Virus record (IMG/VR): IMGVR_UViG_3300031418_000005
Coordinates: 128,001-192,000 of that record
Source: a virus
Reading direction: 5' to 3' (one strand)
DNA: 64,000 nucleotides
The notes under the pieces were generated by a model. The model was not told the origin of the DNA. It searched no databases and saw only the letters and a list, made by a program, of their open reading frames with translations. This document shows, piece after piece, positions 47,883 through 56,274 of this stretch (positions within the stretch are counted from its first letter, which is position 1; each line of letters starts with the position of its first letter). The position numbers and the translations under genes were made by a program.

Positions 47883-48598
47883 AGTGATGCTCCTTTAAGG
47901 TCTTTATTAAACGCCAGCACGGTGTTCACGGCAGGCTTGTACAAATTACTCCAGATGCTTTGCAGCTCTGTCACGTCAATAACTGGCTCTTTCTTCGCAA
48001 AAGCAAGCTGATGGGTTTCAATAACCTCTTTCGGTGGGGTGACTTTAGCCCCGTAGAAAGCAGCGTCTTTCCGGAAGCTGGCCATCCAGCGTTTACCCGT
48101 CGATGACTTCTTTTTAATCATCGCGACTGCGGCATTCTCACCGAAACGATAACCGAGCGCAACCTCGGCATTACTCGGCTTGCGTTTGAGTTGTTTGGTC
48201 AGGTGATCCTCGATATGGTTAAAGTATGCAGCGGCTAAGGTCACGGCATATTTCGGATTATTCAAATCCGCGTTCTTCGGAATACCCAGTTGGCTTCCGT
48301 AAAGTTTCAGCATGTAACGCTTCGTCGGCATGGTCATCTGCACAAGGCTGTGAGCGCTACTTTTTTTGTTCTTTCCAACTTTGACGTTGAATTTAGATTC
48401 CCGGTAAATGGTGGTGGTCAATGTGCCTGCATGGACACCCTGTTCCTTGGCCACACGAACGATGAGCGGCTTGACTTTCTCAAAGCGCTGCTCAATCAGC
48501 TTGAATTCCTTTTGCTGCTTGGTACTCGAAGACTGGTAAGATGCGTTTGCGTTGAAGGACACCACTACTACCAGCAAAGAAAGAATAAGACGAAACAT
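47879..48598 (-). CDS. Lytic transglycosylase (SLT) with N-terminal signal peptide; candidate endolysin
   Basis: MFRLILSLLVVVVSFNANA| signal; IYRESKF (catalytic Glu), SAHSLVQM, LGYRFGE. Confidence 0.7.
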   Translation of the reverse strand: MFRLILSLLVVVVSFNANASYQSSSTKQQKEFKLIEQRFEKVKPLIVRVAKEQGVHAGTLTTTIYRESKFNVKVGKNKKSSAHSLVQMTMPTKRYMLKLYGSQLGIPKNADLNNPKYAVTLAAAYFNHIEDHLTKQLKRKPSNAEVALGYRFGENAAVAMIKKKSSTGKRWMASFRKDAAFYGAKVTPPKEVIETHQLAFAKKEPVIDVTELQSIWSNLYKPAVNTVLAFNKDLKGASL

Positions 48599-48691
48599 GA
48601 CGGTTCTCCGTTTGGAATTATATTACTTTTCCGTATTCCCCAATTAGAATCACGGCGCGGACAGCTCGGTCTCCTTTGTTACGTGCCCAAT

Positions 48692-48710
48692 TAATAATAT
48701 CTATTTCAAA
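48692..48710 (-). promoter_or_regulatory. Putative early promoter motif
   Basis: Minus strand TTTGAAATAGATATTATTA. Confidence 0.5.
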
Positions 48711-49201
48711 GTGTTTGGGATAGCTCTTGTGGCTTCCGCTAACAGGTTTGCTGGTAGGTATAATCGATAGTCTTGTCCTGGTGTGTGTAGTCGCTTGTGA
48801 AGGTGCTGGTAAATACCCCACCGTTCATTAAAGGTTAGCCAGCCGTGCGCCATTCCCAATGGAGGAATCGCAATACCGCCTTCTAAGTCTTTGCCCTGTT
48901 CTGCCAACGCCGTAACGCCGGTAGTAACATAAGAAACCTGTGACTTGTACTTAAAGTGGGTTTTGGTCGGCAGTAATATTACCCCTTCGTCAGGATAAAC
49001 GTACACTTTACCGACCACAATCTCACCTGCAAAGCACCGTTTACGATAGTGCTCATAGAGGTCAGGGAAGCGCTCCTTACAGGCTAACGCAATTCCCCGA
49101 CCCATGGCACCCACGCAGTTCACCGTGACGACCTTGAACGCCACAGGGGCGTTAAACAGGTCGCCTGAGATAACGGCCTCGTCTATCAGTTCGAGTGACA
49201 T
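48701..49201 (-). CDS. Macrodomain (Appr-1''-p/ADP-ribose processing; Poa1/DarG-like)
   Basis: SGDLF, TVNCVGAMGRGIALACKERFP, LPTK, IAIPPLGMAHG; AGGAG SD. Confidence 0.85.
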   Translation of the reverse strand: MSLELIDEAVISGDLFNAPVAFKVVTVNCVGAMGRGIALACKERFPDLYEHYRKRCFAGEIVVGKVYVYPDEGVILLPTKTHFKYKSQVSYVTTGVTALAEQGKDLEGGIAIPPLGMAHGWLTFNERWGIYQHLHKRLHTPGQDYRLYLPANLLAEATRAIPNTLK

Positions 49202-49451
49202 CAATACTCTCCTGTGCCACTTTGGCCCATGCAGACCCGGCGATATGTTCAACGGTTGCGCAGATGCGATCAAGTACCACCTGACGTAATGCCGAAACCT
49301 CTTCCGGGACATTCGGAATATATTCCGGTTCAGTCAACTGACGACGGGGATAGCCGCACGCCATGTGTACCAGACAAGCAATGGCTGTCTTGGAATTCCA
49401 GGTACGTGGCATTTCGACATACCGGCCTTTAAGATTCAGATACGCAGTCAT
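49152..49451 (-). CDS. Hypothetical protein
   Basis: 99 aa, ATGA coupling to the upstream gene. Confidence 0.45.
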   Translation of the reverse strand: MTAYLNLKGRYVEMPRTWNSKTAIACLVHMACGYPRRQLTEPEYIPNVPEEVSALRQVVLDRICATVEHIAGSAWAKVAQESIDVTRTDRRGRYLRRPV

Positions 49452-49882
49452 TCTTCGTACTCCACATCCCGGTGTGTAAACAGGATCTCATGGGTGTTAG
49501 ATTTGGCAAAATAAATATCGCGGCGAAGATGCCGCTCGCAACGCGACAATCCGTCAGTGTACTCCCTGACCTTCCAACCAATCATTGTCAGGTCATGAAC
49601 ATTTGGTCGGTACAATTTCGTATCGACCAACGTTTGTTCTTTTTCACGGAAGCGCTGCTTAAACTCTTCAATGACGTCCGCGGGAATACCATCAGGCCGT
49701 AACCCCGCTTTACGAATCAAGCCCTTGAAGAAGATTACAACACGCCCCGCCATCGGTACGGTGTTTTGAAAATCTTCCAGGCACGGCACCACCAATTCAG
49801 CTACCGGGTTACCTTCTGCATCCACCACCGAGATGGTTTCACCGACACGAACAGTCGTCGGAAAAAAGGGTTTCTCACTCAT
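49448..49882 (-). CDS. Hypothetical protein
   Basis: TAATG-coupled start MSEKPFF. Confidence 0.6.
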   Translation of the reverse strand: MSEKPFFPTTVRVGETISVVDAEGNPVAELVVPCLEDFQNTVPMAGRVVIFFKGLIRKAGLRPDGIPADVIEEFKQRFREKEQTLVDTKLYRPNVHDLTMIGWKVREYTDGLSRCERHLRRDIYFAKSNTHEILFTHRDVEYEE

Positions 49883-50073
49883 TACCACTTCCCCCAACCC
49901 CAGGGACTGTGCCCTGGCAGGTTAATCCCCACACTATCCATCGCCGGGTTAGGTTTCATGTTAGTGACTAACCACGCTTGATGAATACGCTTCTCTTCTT
50001 CGGTTGGCGGAAAGTAGTAGCCAACCAAATACCCATCTTCAATTAATTCAACAACTTCGTTTTCAACACTCAT
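49882..50073 (-). CDS. Small hypothetical protein
   Basis: 63 aa MSVENEVV...; GAGGAG SD; ATGA coupling. Confidence 0.55.
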   Translation of the reverse strand: MSVENEVVELIEDGYLVGYYFPPTEEEKRIHQAWLVTNMKPNPAMDSVGINLPGHSPWGWGKW

Positions 50074-50507
50074 TTGTGTCTCCTCAGCCAGGCACTCATC
50101 GCGGATTCGAAACCCTCGTGATGAATTCCTTGGCGGCGGAGGGCTAACAAAAGATTGAGGGAATGCGTAATTTCTTCGCGGTAAGTGTGGTCGTCCATTT
50201 TGCGCCACACCTTTGCCGGGTCAATCTTACAACGTTCCAGCAGATACGCCTCACGAATTAACCCAGGACGCCAGTACCGGGGTTTGATTAGCGCGATTTG
50301 AATCGTCGGGGTTAACCCCAGTAAATGGCTGCACGCATTGACCGGCACCCCGTTTACGCGGTCACGCTTAACCAGCAAACTGTGCCACTGTAGCGCACGC
50401 ACAAGGCTTGGGTCTTGGTATTGACTTTCTTCCATTTGAAGTAGCGCTTCTGAAAGCAGTGAGCGAGTCATACCGCGACGACTATTACCGATTACTAAAT
50501 TATCCAT
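50070..50507 (-). CDS. Hypothetical protein
   Basis: 145 aa, AAGGA SD. Confidence 0.6.
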   Translation of the reverse strand: MDNLVIGNSRRGMTRSLLSEALLQMEESQYQDPSLVRALQWHSLLVKRDRVNGVPVNACSHLLGLTPTIQIALIKPRYWRPGLIREAYLLERCKIDPAKVWRKMDDHTYREEITHSLNLLLALRRQGIHHEGFESAMSAWLRRHK

Positions 50508-50533
50508 TGCATTATCCTTTAGGGTACTACGTA

Positions 50534-50773
50534 CTACTCAACAGGGTGATGCACCTCAACGCGCAATGACATCCCGTTCTCCAGCATTGACAGCAGGTTA
50601 TCCATTTCACTGGCATGAATCAGAACCAGCGGTTGAGCTTTCACCGGATGCCAGTCGAACGGTTGGGCTGCGGGAAGCGTGCCCAGCGCGCCACCAATAC
50701 AGGCACCGATAGCAGAACGTGAATGGTCAACGTGACCAATTGTGCCGACGTTAACGTGAATAGGCTCTTTCAT
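50534..50773 (-). CDS. 79-aa protein carrying the EF-Tu N-terminal motif [12 protein letters not shown]
   Basis: GGAGG SD then [26 protein letters not shown]; the EF-Tu sequence is [17 protein letters not shown]. Confidence 0.7.
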   Translation of the reverse strand: [79 protein letters not shown]

Positions 50774-50932
50774 TTTAGCCTCCTGGAGAAAAGGAATGAC
50801 GCGGGCATATTCCGGCCAGCAAACGTCAGTGTTGAGTGCAGGTACATCGGGTCGGTTAAACATAAATAGCTCTCCTAACGTAAAAATCCCACAGGTAGTT
50901 GGGGATATCTATACGAAAGGAGAGCTACGTTA

Positions 50933-51424
50933 TCAAGCCACGGCGAGCGTGGTTTCTGCTTTAATCTCATCGGGAATGATGAATTTCTCAACTTCTAACC
51001 ATTCGCCATCACGACTGGCGGTGGTATTGAAGCCTTGAGCTTTGAAGAACGTGACCGCTGGTTCTTCTTTGGCGAACACACCTGCATGAATGCAGTGGAA
51101 CACCTCTTTAACACCCAGTGTATCAAGCATAGCAGTCATGAAGCCACGACGACGAAAGGCTTCACTGACAAACATCGTACGAATCTTTAACACCCCACCG
51201 ATAATCCGGTAGAGACAATAACCCACCGGGCTACCGCCTTCCACTGCAACCGCTACACGGTTACCTGCCATCAGCTTCTCCACCGAAAGGTCAGGAACAA
51301 CGGCCTTTTCGATGTGTAGTGAATTGCGCTGATGATTCAGAAACTTGTAATGCAGTGCCAACAACTGCTTTTTAGCTGCTTCCGAAAAGTCAGAGGATGA
51401 TGAAAGAATTACGATTTCGGTCAT
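50933..51424 (-). CDS. GNAT-family acetyltransferase
   Basis: VGYC, MFVSEAFRRRGFMTAML (motif A), AVTFFKAQGF. Confidence 0.85.
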   Translation of the reverse strand: MTEIVILSSSSDFSEAAKKQLLALHYKFLNHQRNSLHIEKAVVPDLSVEKLMAGNRVAVAVEGGSPVGYCLYRIIGGVLKIRTMFVSEAFRRRGFMTAMLDTLGVKEVFHCIHAGVFAKEEPAVTFFKAQGFNTTASRDGEWLEVEKFIIPDEIKAETTLAVA

Positions 51425-51587
51425 GGATTTCAGTTCCTAAGTAAACTTGTTTAAATCCAATGTGGATTAAACGAAGTATGATAACGAAAGAAAAGTTGTG
51501 TAATTAGTCAAAGTGAACTCTGGTATATCTTGCAGATAACATCGTACCTACTGCAGGTATGAGATCTTCCTCTAATGGGTAAGTATC

Positions 51588-51815
51588 TCAGCGACGCTGA
51601 ATTTTCCAGTGTCGTTTAGGTGTAGCTTGACGCGCCATATTCGCAGCACGCATCTGACTACCACGCCAGGGTTTAACAACCGGACGTGAAACTTCAGGCA
51701 TATCGTCGAGGTCGCATTCAACAGCTTCATCCGCAAACTGTGATGTCGAAAGCTCGAGGTTCCTCTGAAGCACTGCAACAATACAAGCTGTGAGTGTTCG
51801 TTTAGGTTTTCCCAT
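51588..51815 (-). CDS. 75-aa protein with an EF-Tu helix-like N-terminus (KRTLTACIVAVL)
   Basis: Resembles EF-Tu [12 protein letters not shown]; basic C-terminus. Confidence 0.5.
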   Translation of the reverse strand: MGKPKRTLTACIVAVLQRNLELSTSQFADEAVECDLDDMPEVSRPVVKPWRGSQMRAANMARQATPKRHWKIQRR

Positions 51816-51903
51816 TATCACACCCCGCCTGCCATCGAAATCGTTAAGCTGCACAATTTCAGTTCTCGTTTACATGACTCACCTCGCATACCAACCTCTC
51901 TCG

Positions 51904-52008
51904 TTAAAACCAGCCCTGCGTTAACGCAAAGACTGCCCCGATTACTGTGCACACGATCGCGCAGGCACTAAGTACCGTCGCTTTAAACAACGCGATAAGA
52001 AAAGCCAT
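51904..52008 (-). CDS. 34-aa hydrophobic microprotein
   Basis: MAFLIALFKATVLSACAIVCTVIGAVFALTQGWF*; TGATG coupling, GGAGG SD. Confidence 0.55.
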   Translation of the reverse strand: MAFLIALFKATVLSACAIVCTVIGAVFALTQGWF

Positions 52009-52220
52009 CACGCTGCCTCCCGGTCATCGTAAGCCGGGTCCCGCAATAACGGAGGACGCGTTGAGAGACGGCCTAGATAAATCCCCTCGATGAAGATGAG
52101 CAGGATTATAACCCACAAGCCCGGTGATGCAGAAATCACAAGTAATCCCCACAGCACCAGAACATGCAATACTAACAGTGCTGCTATCTTCAGCTTTGAT
52201 TTACCACGACGTCTTCCCAT
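52008..52220 (-). CDS. Small two-TM membrane protein
   Basis: MGRRRGKSKLKIAALLVLHVLVLWGLLVIS...LWVIILLIFIEG. Confidence 0.55.
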   Translation of the reverse strand: MGRRRGKSKLKIAALLVLHVLVLWGLLVISASPGLWVIILLIFIEGIYLGRLSTRPPLLRDPAYDDREAA

Positions 52221-52311
52221 CGAACGCCCATCCCTTATGTTTGATAATCCAGTCCCAGGCTTTTCCAACCAGCCACAGGGAACCCAGCACTAATGCGATT
52301 CCTACTTCCAT
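52201..52311 (-). CDS. 36-aa membrane microprotein
   Basis: MEVGIALVLGSLWLVGKAWDWIIKHKGWAFDGKTSW*; TAATG coupling. Confidence 0.5.
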   Translation of the reverse strand: MEVGIALVLGSLWLVGKAWDWIIKHKGWAFDGKTSW

Positions 52312-52493
52312 TATTTCCCCCGGTACTCATACTCTATCGGCGGCTTAAAGCCCCAATCCCACGCCATCTTTAACCCCTGCGCAAGATAGAAACCCAAGTG
52401 GACAATAATCACACCCGCACAAAACAGTAAATAGAAAAAGCCGATCAGTGTGGCAACAACCCAGAATAACACACTGACCAGCTCACGTCCCCA
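52311..52493 (-). CDS. Small membrane protein (start uncertain)
   Basis: Hydrophobic LVSVLFWVVATLIGFFYLLFCAGVIIVHLGF...AWDW. Confidence 0.5.
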   Translation of the reverse strand, partial: WGRELVSVLFWVVATLIGFFYLLFCAGVIIVHLGFYLAQGLKMAWDWGFKPPIEYEYRGK

Positions 52494-52494
52494 A

Positions 52495-55005
52495 TCACGC
52501 TGCGTAGACAATTTTAACTCCCTCGTTATAGACAGGAGGCAGCGTAACCCCTTCCGGCTCAACTACACAGTACGTCGCCTCGTTGAGCTTGGAATGTACT
52601 TCCGCCTCATGTGAGACTACCAACAGTTGAGAGAACTCACCAGATTGCGCAATGGATTTGATAAAGCCCACGAGAGAATTCTTGTGTTCTTCATCCATGC
52701 CTTCTGAGGGTTCATCCAATACCAAGGGGAATTGGTGTAAATTGAGTGCCTTATACGCAGTCAGTCGGAACATCAAGTTAAAGATTGCACGCTGGGCTTT
52801 GGAGCCTTTGCGCACATCCGGTACTGGCTCGGGATGCGTTTTCATTTGCACCGGGAAAGTGTAGTCCAAATCCCCCTCGGTTAAATCACACGGCATCACC
52901 CGCATCGGATACGACCAAACACGGTCGATATAACGTGACATCAATTCCGTAATACGCACAATGGCATTGTAGAAGTATTTACGCAATACCCCTTTCTCCG
53001 GCGACCAGGCTTGAATCATCAACTTGTTGTTAAAGTGTTGGGCCTGTAAATCTGCCAGTTCTTTTTCCAACGCATCGAGATTCGCCAGTTCGTTTTCCAT
53101 TTGACGCCAGCGTTCACGGGCCGTGGTATACGCATCCAGCTTGTTCTCACGGGCAGACAACAACTCGTTAACCAGGGTGTTGGTCATCGACGATTGTACG
53201 TCATTGCCGAGGCGTGAGAAAAGGCTGTTAAAATGGTCTACAGCACGTTTAACATTTTCCTGGTACGTCAGGACTGCTGTCACCTCTTCAACCGCTCTAC
53301 GTCGCTCTGAGAGACGCTCAGTCGCATCACCCAGTCTACCACGAAGGTGTTCGATTTTCTGATGCAGCGCGCCGTCCACATTACCCACGGCGGCAACGGC
53401 TTCGGCCCAGTCTTTCTCAGCACGAGCCAAACGTTGGCGGGTCTGCATACAGTTAAGCGCACAGTTCAGTTCTTCGCTGAAGGTGTTGCATAGCCCACCG
53501 AACAGATGCCGATTGTCGGTGAACACATCCTTTTCCTGCAGCTTCTTAAAGAACAGGCTGAGTACCGGGTCTTTGGAATACGTCAGGACAATCTCACGCA
53601 CCTGACGCAGGTAACCGACATCACTCTCCACGTTTTTGCGGTTTTCCAGCAAAGTTTCAAGTTCTTCTTCTACCTGTTTCTTCCACACCACGTTCTCGTT
53701 GATTTCACGCTCAATCACGTCAAGCGGTTTACGCACCCCTGGACGGAAACGGTGGGTACACTTCGGACAATCCACCTCTGCAGTATCCAGGAAGTGTCCC
53801 CGCTCGTGCTCCAGACCATGCAGTACGTTCCTCACACGCTGTAGACGTTCGTTCAATCCCGCAGAAATCTGATCGAAGCGGCATAAACGTTCTTCCAGTA
53901 CCGCCAGACGCTCGTTTGAGTGCACAGCATCCAGCGTAGTGCCTAACTTCTGTCCCCAGACACGCGCATCCGTTGCCTGACGAATCATATCCGCGTTGAT
54001 GTACTCACCGGTGAACAAATCTGGAAACGCCCAGGGTTGGTTTTCCCAGTTTGCCAGTTCTTCACGTAACTTGGTTAGGGTTTGACTGAGCCCCTCGTGG
54101 TTACGCATCAGATAATCCTGACGGGTCGACTCATCCAGCAAGGTCGACAGCTCTTTGTTGAGCATCGAGACCTCGGTTTCAGCCGCAACGGCAAACTCAC
54201 GCAAACATGTTTCGTTCGCACGGGTTGAGCGAATGGTTTCTTCACTCGGAATCACGCCCCGGTGTTTCAGAATGAGATCCGTCATGGGTTTCATCTGTTG
54301 CAGCAGCTGTTCAATGCTACGCTTTGAAATGGCGTGGTTCATACCCGGCAGTTGTTCAAGCGTACGGTTCAACTCACGCAGCTCAGTATCCAGAATATTC
54401 AACCGGTCAGCTAACTGATGACGTTCCTCACCGTCCTGCACGACCCGCATCTTCAACTCGGCAATTTTGCGACTGGTGTGATCCATCGCGCCGTTTAAGT
54501 TGGTGAGGTTTTTGCGCAGGCGGGCATAGAAGCCAAGCGCGTAGGTCAGGTCGGACGACGAGAGTTTGTTCAACCACTTACGACGCAAATCAGTACCAGC
54601 ATCAGTAAGCAGAATTTCCCCGTTAATAAGTTCTTTGATTTCTTTGGTGAGACCCGTCAGTTCTTCGACGCGGGAGTTGTAGACTTTTGAATTGGCATTG
54701 TCTATCAGTTTTTCACCGGTGGTCAGGTTCTCAATGTCACAGACGAGAGAGCTACCTTTACGTTTGACATGGAATTTGAAACGCTGGTCTCCCACGAGTG
54801 CATAGTTCGTGTAAGAGCCCCCGTCTCGGAATTCTGTTTTGGAGGGTGCTAATGGCAGAAAGACAGACAGCAAGCTTGTCTTACCGCAGCCATTGCCACC
54901 AAGAATGATGGTAACGGTCGACTGGAGTGTGAAGTCGAAAGTCTCGATTTCATGCAACCCCATACCGGTAAATCCTTTCAGAATGATACGCTCGACCTTT
55001 AGCAT
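52495..55005 (-). CDS. sbcC: SbcC/Rad50-like SMC ATPase
   Basis: Walker A GGNGCGKTS, long coiled coils, zinc hook CPKC, Walker B LVLDEP, VVSH. Confidence 0.9.
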   Translation of the reverse strand: MLKVERIILKGFTGMGLHEIETFDFTLQSTVTIILGGNGCGKTSLLSVFLPLAPSKTEFRDGGSYTNYALVGDQRFKFHVKRKGSSLVCDIENLTTGEKLIDNANSKVYNSRVEELTGLTKEIKELINGEILLTDAGTDLRRKWLNKLSSSDLTYALGFYARLRKNLTNLNGAMDHTSRKIAELKMRVVQDGEERHQLADRLNILDTELRELNRTLEQLPGMNHAISKRSIEQLLQQMKPMTDLILKHRGVIPSEETIRSTRANETCLREFAVAAETEVSMLNKELSTLLDESTRQDYLMRNHEGLSQTLTKLREELANWENQPWAFPDLFTGEYINADMIRQATDARVWGQKLGTTLDAVHSNERLAVLEERLCRFDQISAGLNERLQRVRNVLHGLEHERGHFLDTAEVDCPKCTHRFRPGVRKPLDVIEREINENVVWKKQVEEELETLLENRKNVESDVGYLRQVREIVLTYSKDPVLSLFFKKLQEKDVFTDNRHLFGGLCNTFSEELNCALNCMQTRQRLARAEKDWAEAVAAVGNVDGALHQKIEHLRGRLGDATERLSERRRAVEEVTAVLTYQENVKRAVDHFNSLFSRLGNDVQSSMTNTLVNELLSARENKLDAYTTARERWRQMENELANLDALEKELADLQAQHFNNKLMIQAWSPEKGVLRKYFYNAIVRITELMSRYIDRVWSYPMRVMPCDLTEGDLDYTFPVQMKTHPEPVPDVRKGSKAQRAIFNLMFRLTAYKALNLHQFPLVLDEPSEGMDEEHKNSLVGFIKSIAQSGEFSQLLVVSHEAEVHSKLNEATYCVVEPEGVTLPPVYNEGVKIVYAA

Positions 55006-55060
55006 GGTTGCCTTCTAATGAAAAAGTATTAGTTTCTACATATCCATTAAAGTCAAGCGT

Positions 55061-55093
55061 AAAAAAATAGAAGTGGAGACCCGAAGGTCTCCA
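55061..55093 (-). terminator. Terminator with C(UUCG)G loop
   Basis: TGGAGACC-cgaa-GGTCTCCA with upstream A tract. Confidence 0.75.
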
Positions 55094-55107
55094 ACTATTT
55101 GATACCA

Positions 55108-55716
55108 TTACTCTTTGTACTTTTTGTAGCCGGACATCAGCCAGTAACTCTCTGCTTTTGACAGGTCGGACCAGGCTTTACCTGCGGGGCTCATTACTAC
55201 CTCTGCTGTTTGTTCGCAGAGTAAGGCCGTCAGTTCCGCAGTTTTGCCTGGTGCTACTTTATCCAGGTAAACCGGGTACAGATACGTCATGGGAATTTCT
55301 TCGTAGGGGAACGATTGGTGATTTTCTTCTTTCCACCCGTCAGCCGCATTACCCACAATCCAACTTACCGTCGTGGGTTTTTCCCCGATCCAGTTGACAC
55401 GTTCAGCGATCATGTTGTCGCCCTGGATGTAGAAGAACAGTACCCGGCGCGGTACATCCACACTTCCATTGGGTTCGATGGCCGTGAGGGCCTTAAACGG
55501 TGTGGTGTTTAGCGTGAGGTCTTGTTGGTTTTCCAGCGCCTCTTTTAATTTGGCGTACGCTTGTGGTGTGTATTTCTCAAAATACGCCACCAGGCGAGGG
55601 TACTCGAGAAAACCTTCAATTTCTTCTGCCATCAAATCGATGTACAGCTTATTGGTAGGGGTAACTTCATTACCACGCATCGCTTCAATGAAACGTACCA
55701 ATGTCAGTTCGTTCAT
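55108..55716 (-). CDS. Hypothetical protein
   Basis: 202 aa, AAGGA SD. Confidence 0.65.
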   Translation of the reverse strand: MNELTLVRFIEAMRGNEVTPTNKLYIDLMAEEIEGFLEYPRLVAYFEKYTPQAYAKLKEALENQQDLTLNTTPFKALTAIEPNGSVDVPRRVLFFYIQGDNMIAERVNWIGEKPTTVSWIVGNAADGWKEENHQSFPYEEIPMTYLYPVYLDKVAPGKTAELTALLCEQTAEVVMSPAGKAWSDLSKAESYWLMSGYKKYKE

Positions 55717-55734
55717 ACTCGTTCCTTAATTAGT

Positions 55735-55766
55735 CAAAAAAAGAAGGTAGCCCGAAGGCTACCTCT
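55735..55766 (-). terminator. Terminator with C(UUCG)G loop
   Basis: AGGTAGCC-cgaa-GGCTACCT with A tract. Confidence 0.75.
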
Positions 55767-55770
55767 TAGA

Positions 55771-56274
55771 TTACAGCCCCATATGCATGAGCGAAAGAAC
55801 GGGCACTTTCTTACCGTTAATCGTTGCATAAGGTTTGTACATGTCAGCGTTGCAGGTATACACCTGGTTGGCGGCAACGCGCTCACCACTGGACAGTTCC
55901 AGGATGTCTGCGCTGTTGTCCCAGAAGTCACTGATGAGAACGTGGTCAAGCGTTTCGTCATCCTGACGGTCTTGCACGCCGTACGTTACCGGACAGTTAG
56001 CACCAAGTGCCATCAAGACACGCTGGGCACCGAGGATACGGCGATAGTACACATCCAGTTGACGGCACTGTAACACGTCTTCCACCCAGGCGTAGTCAAT
56101 GCTATTGGCCAGGGTGTGAACCGCTTCATCCCACTCGCTATACTGTTTGTGGCGAGTCAGGTCGTCGAGCTGGATCATCTTCCATGCGGTTGACAGCACA
56201 GAACGTAAGTAATCAGGGCGGGCGTTATGTTGGGTAAAGAACGCGATGCGGGTATCTTGAATTTGATTGTTCAT
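55771..56274 (-). CDS. Hypothetical protein
   Basis: 167 aa, AAGGA SD. Confidence 0.65.
   Translation of the reverse strand: MNNQIQDTRIAFFTQHNARPDYLRSVLSTAWKMIQLDDLTRHKQYSEWDEAVHTLANSIDYAWVEDVLQCRQLDVYYRRILGAQRVLMALGANCPVTYGVQDRQDDETLDHVLISDFWDNSADILELSSGERVAANQVYTCNADMYKPYATINGKKVPVLSLMHMGL

Noticed and set aside
48619-48626. Plus-strand TATATTAC (also at 59878-59885)
   Set aside because: Points antisense with no downstream + strand gene and lacks the extended motif; probably chance in AT-rich sequence.
50534-50863. tuf pseudogene or host contamination
   Set aside because: Similarity is limited to about 25 residues, synonymous codons differ from the E. coli tuf sequence as recalled, and the ORF is intact with its own SD in a phage context.
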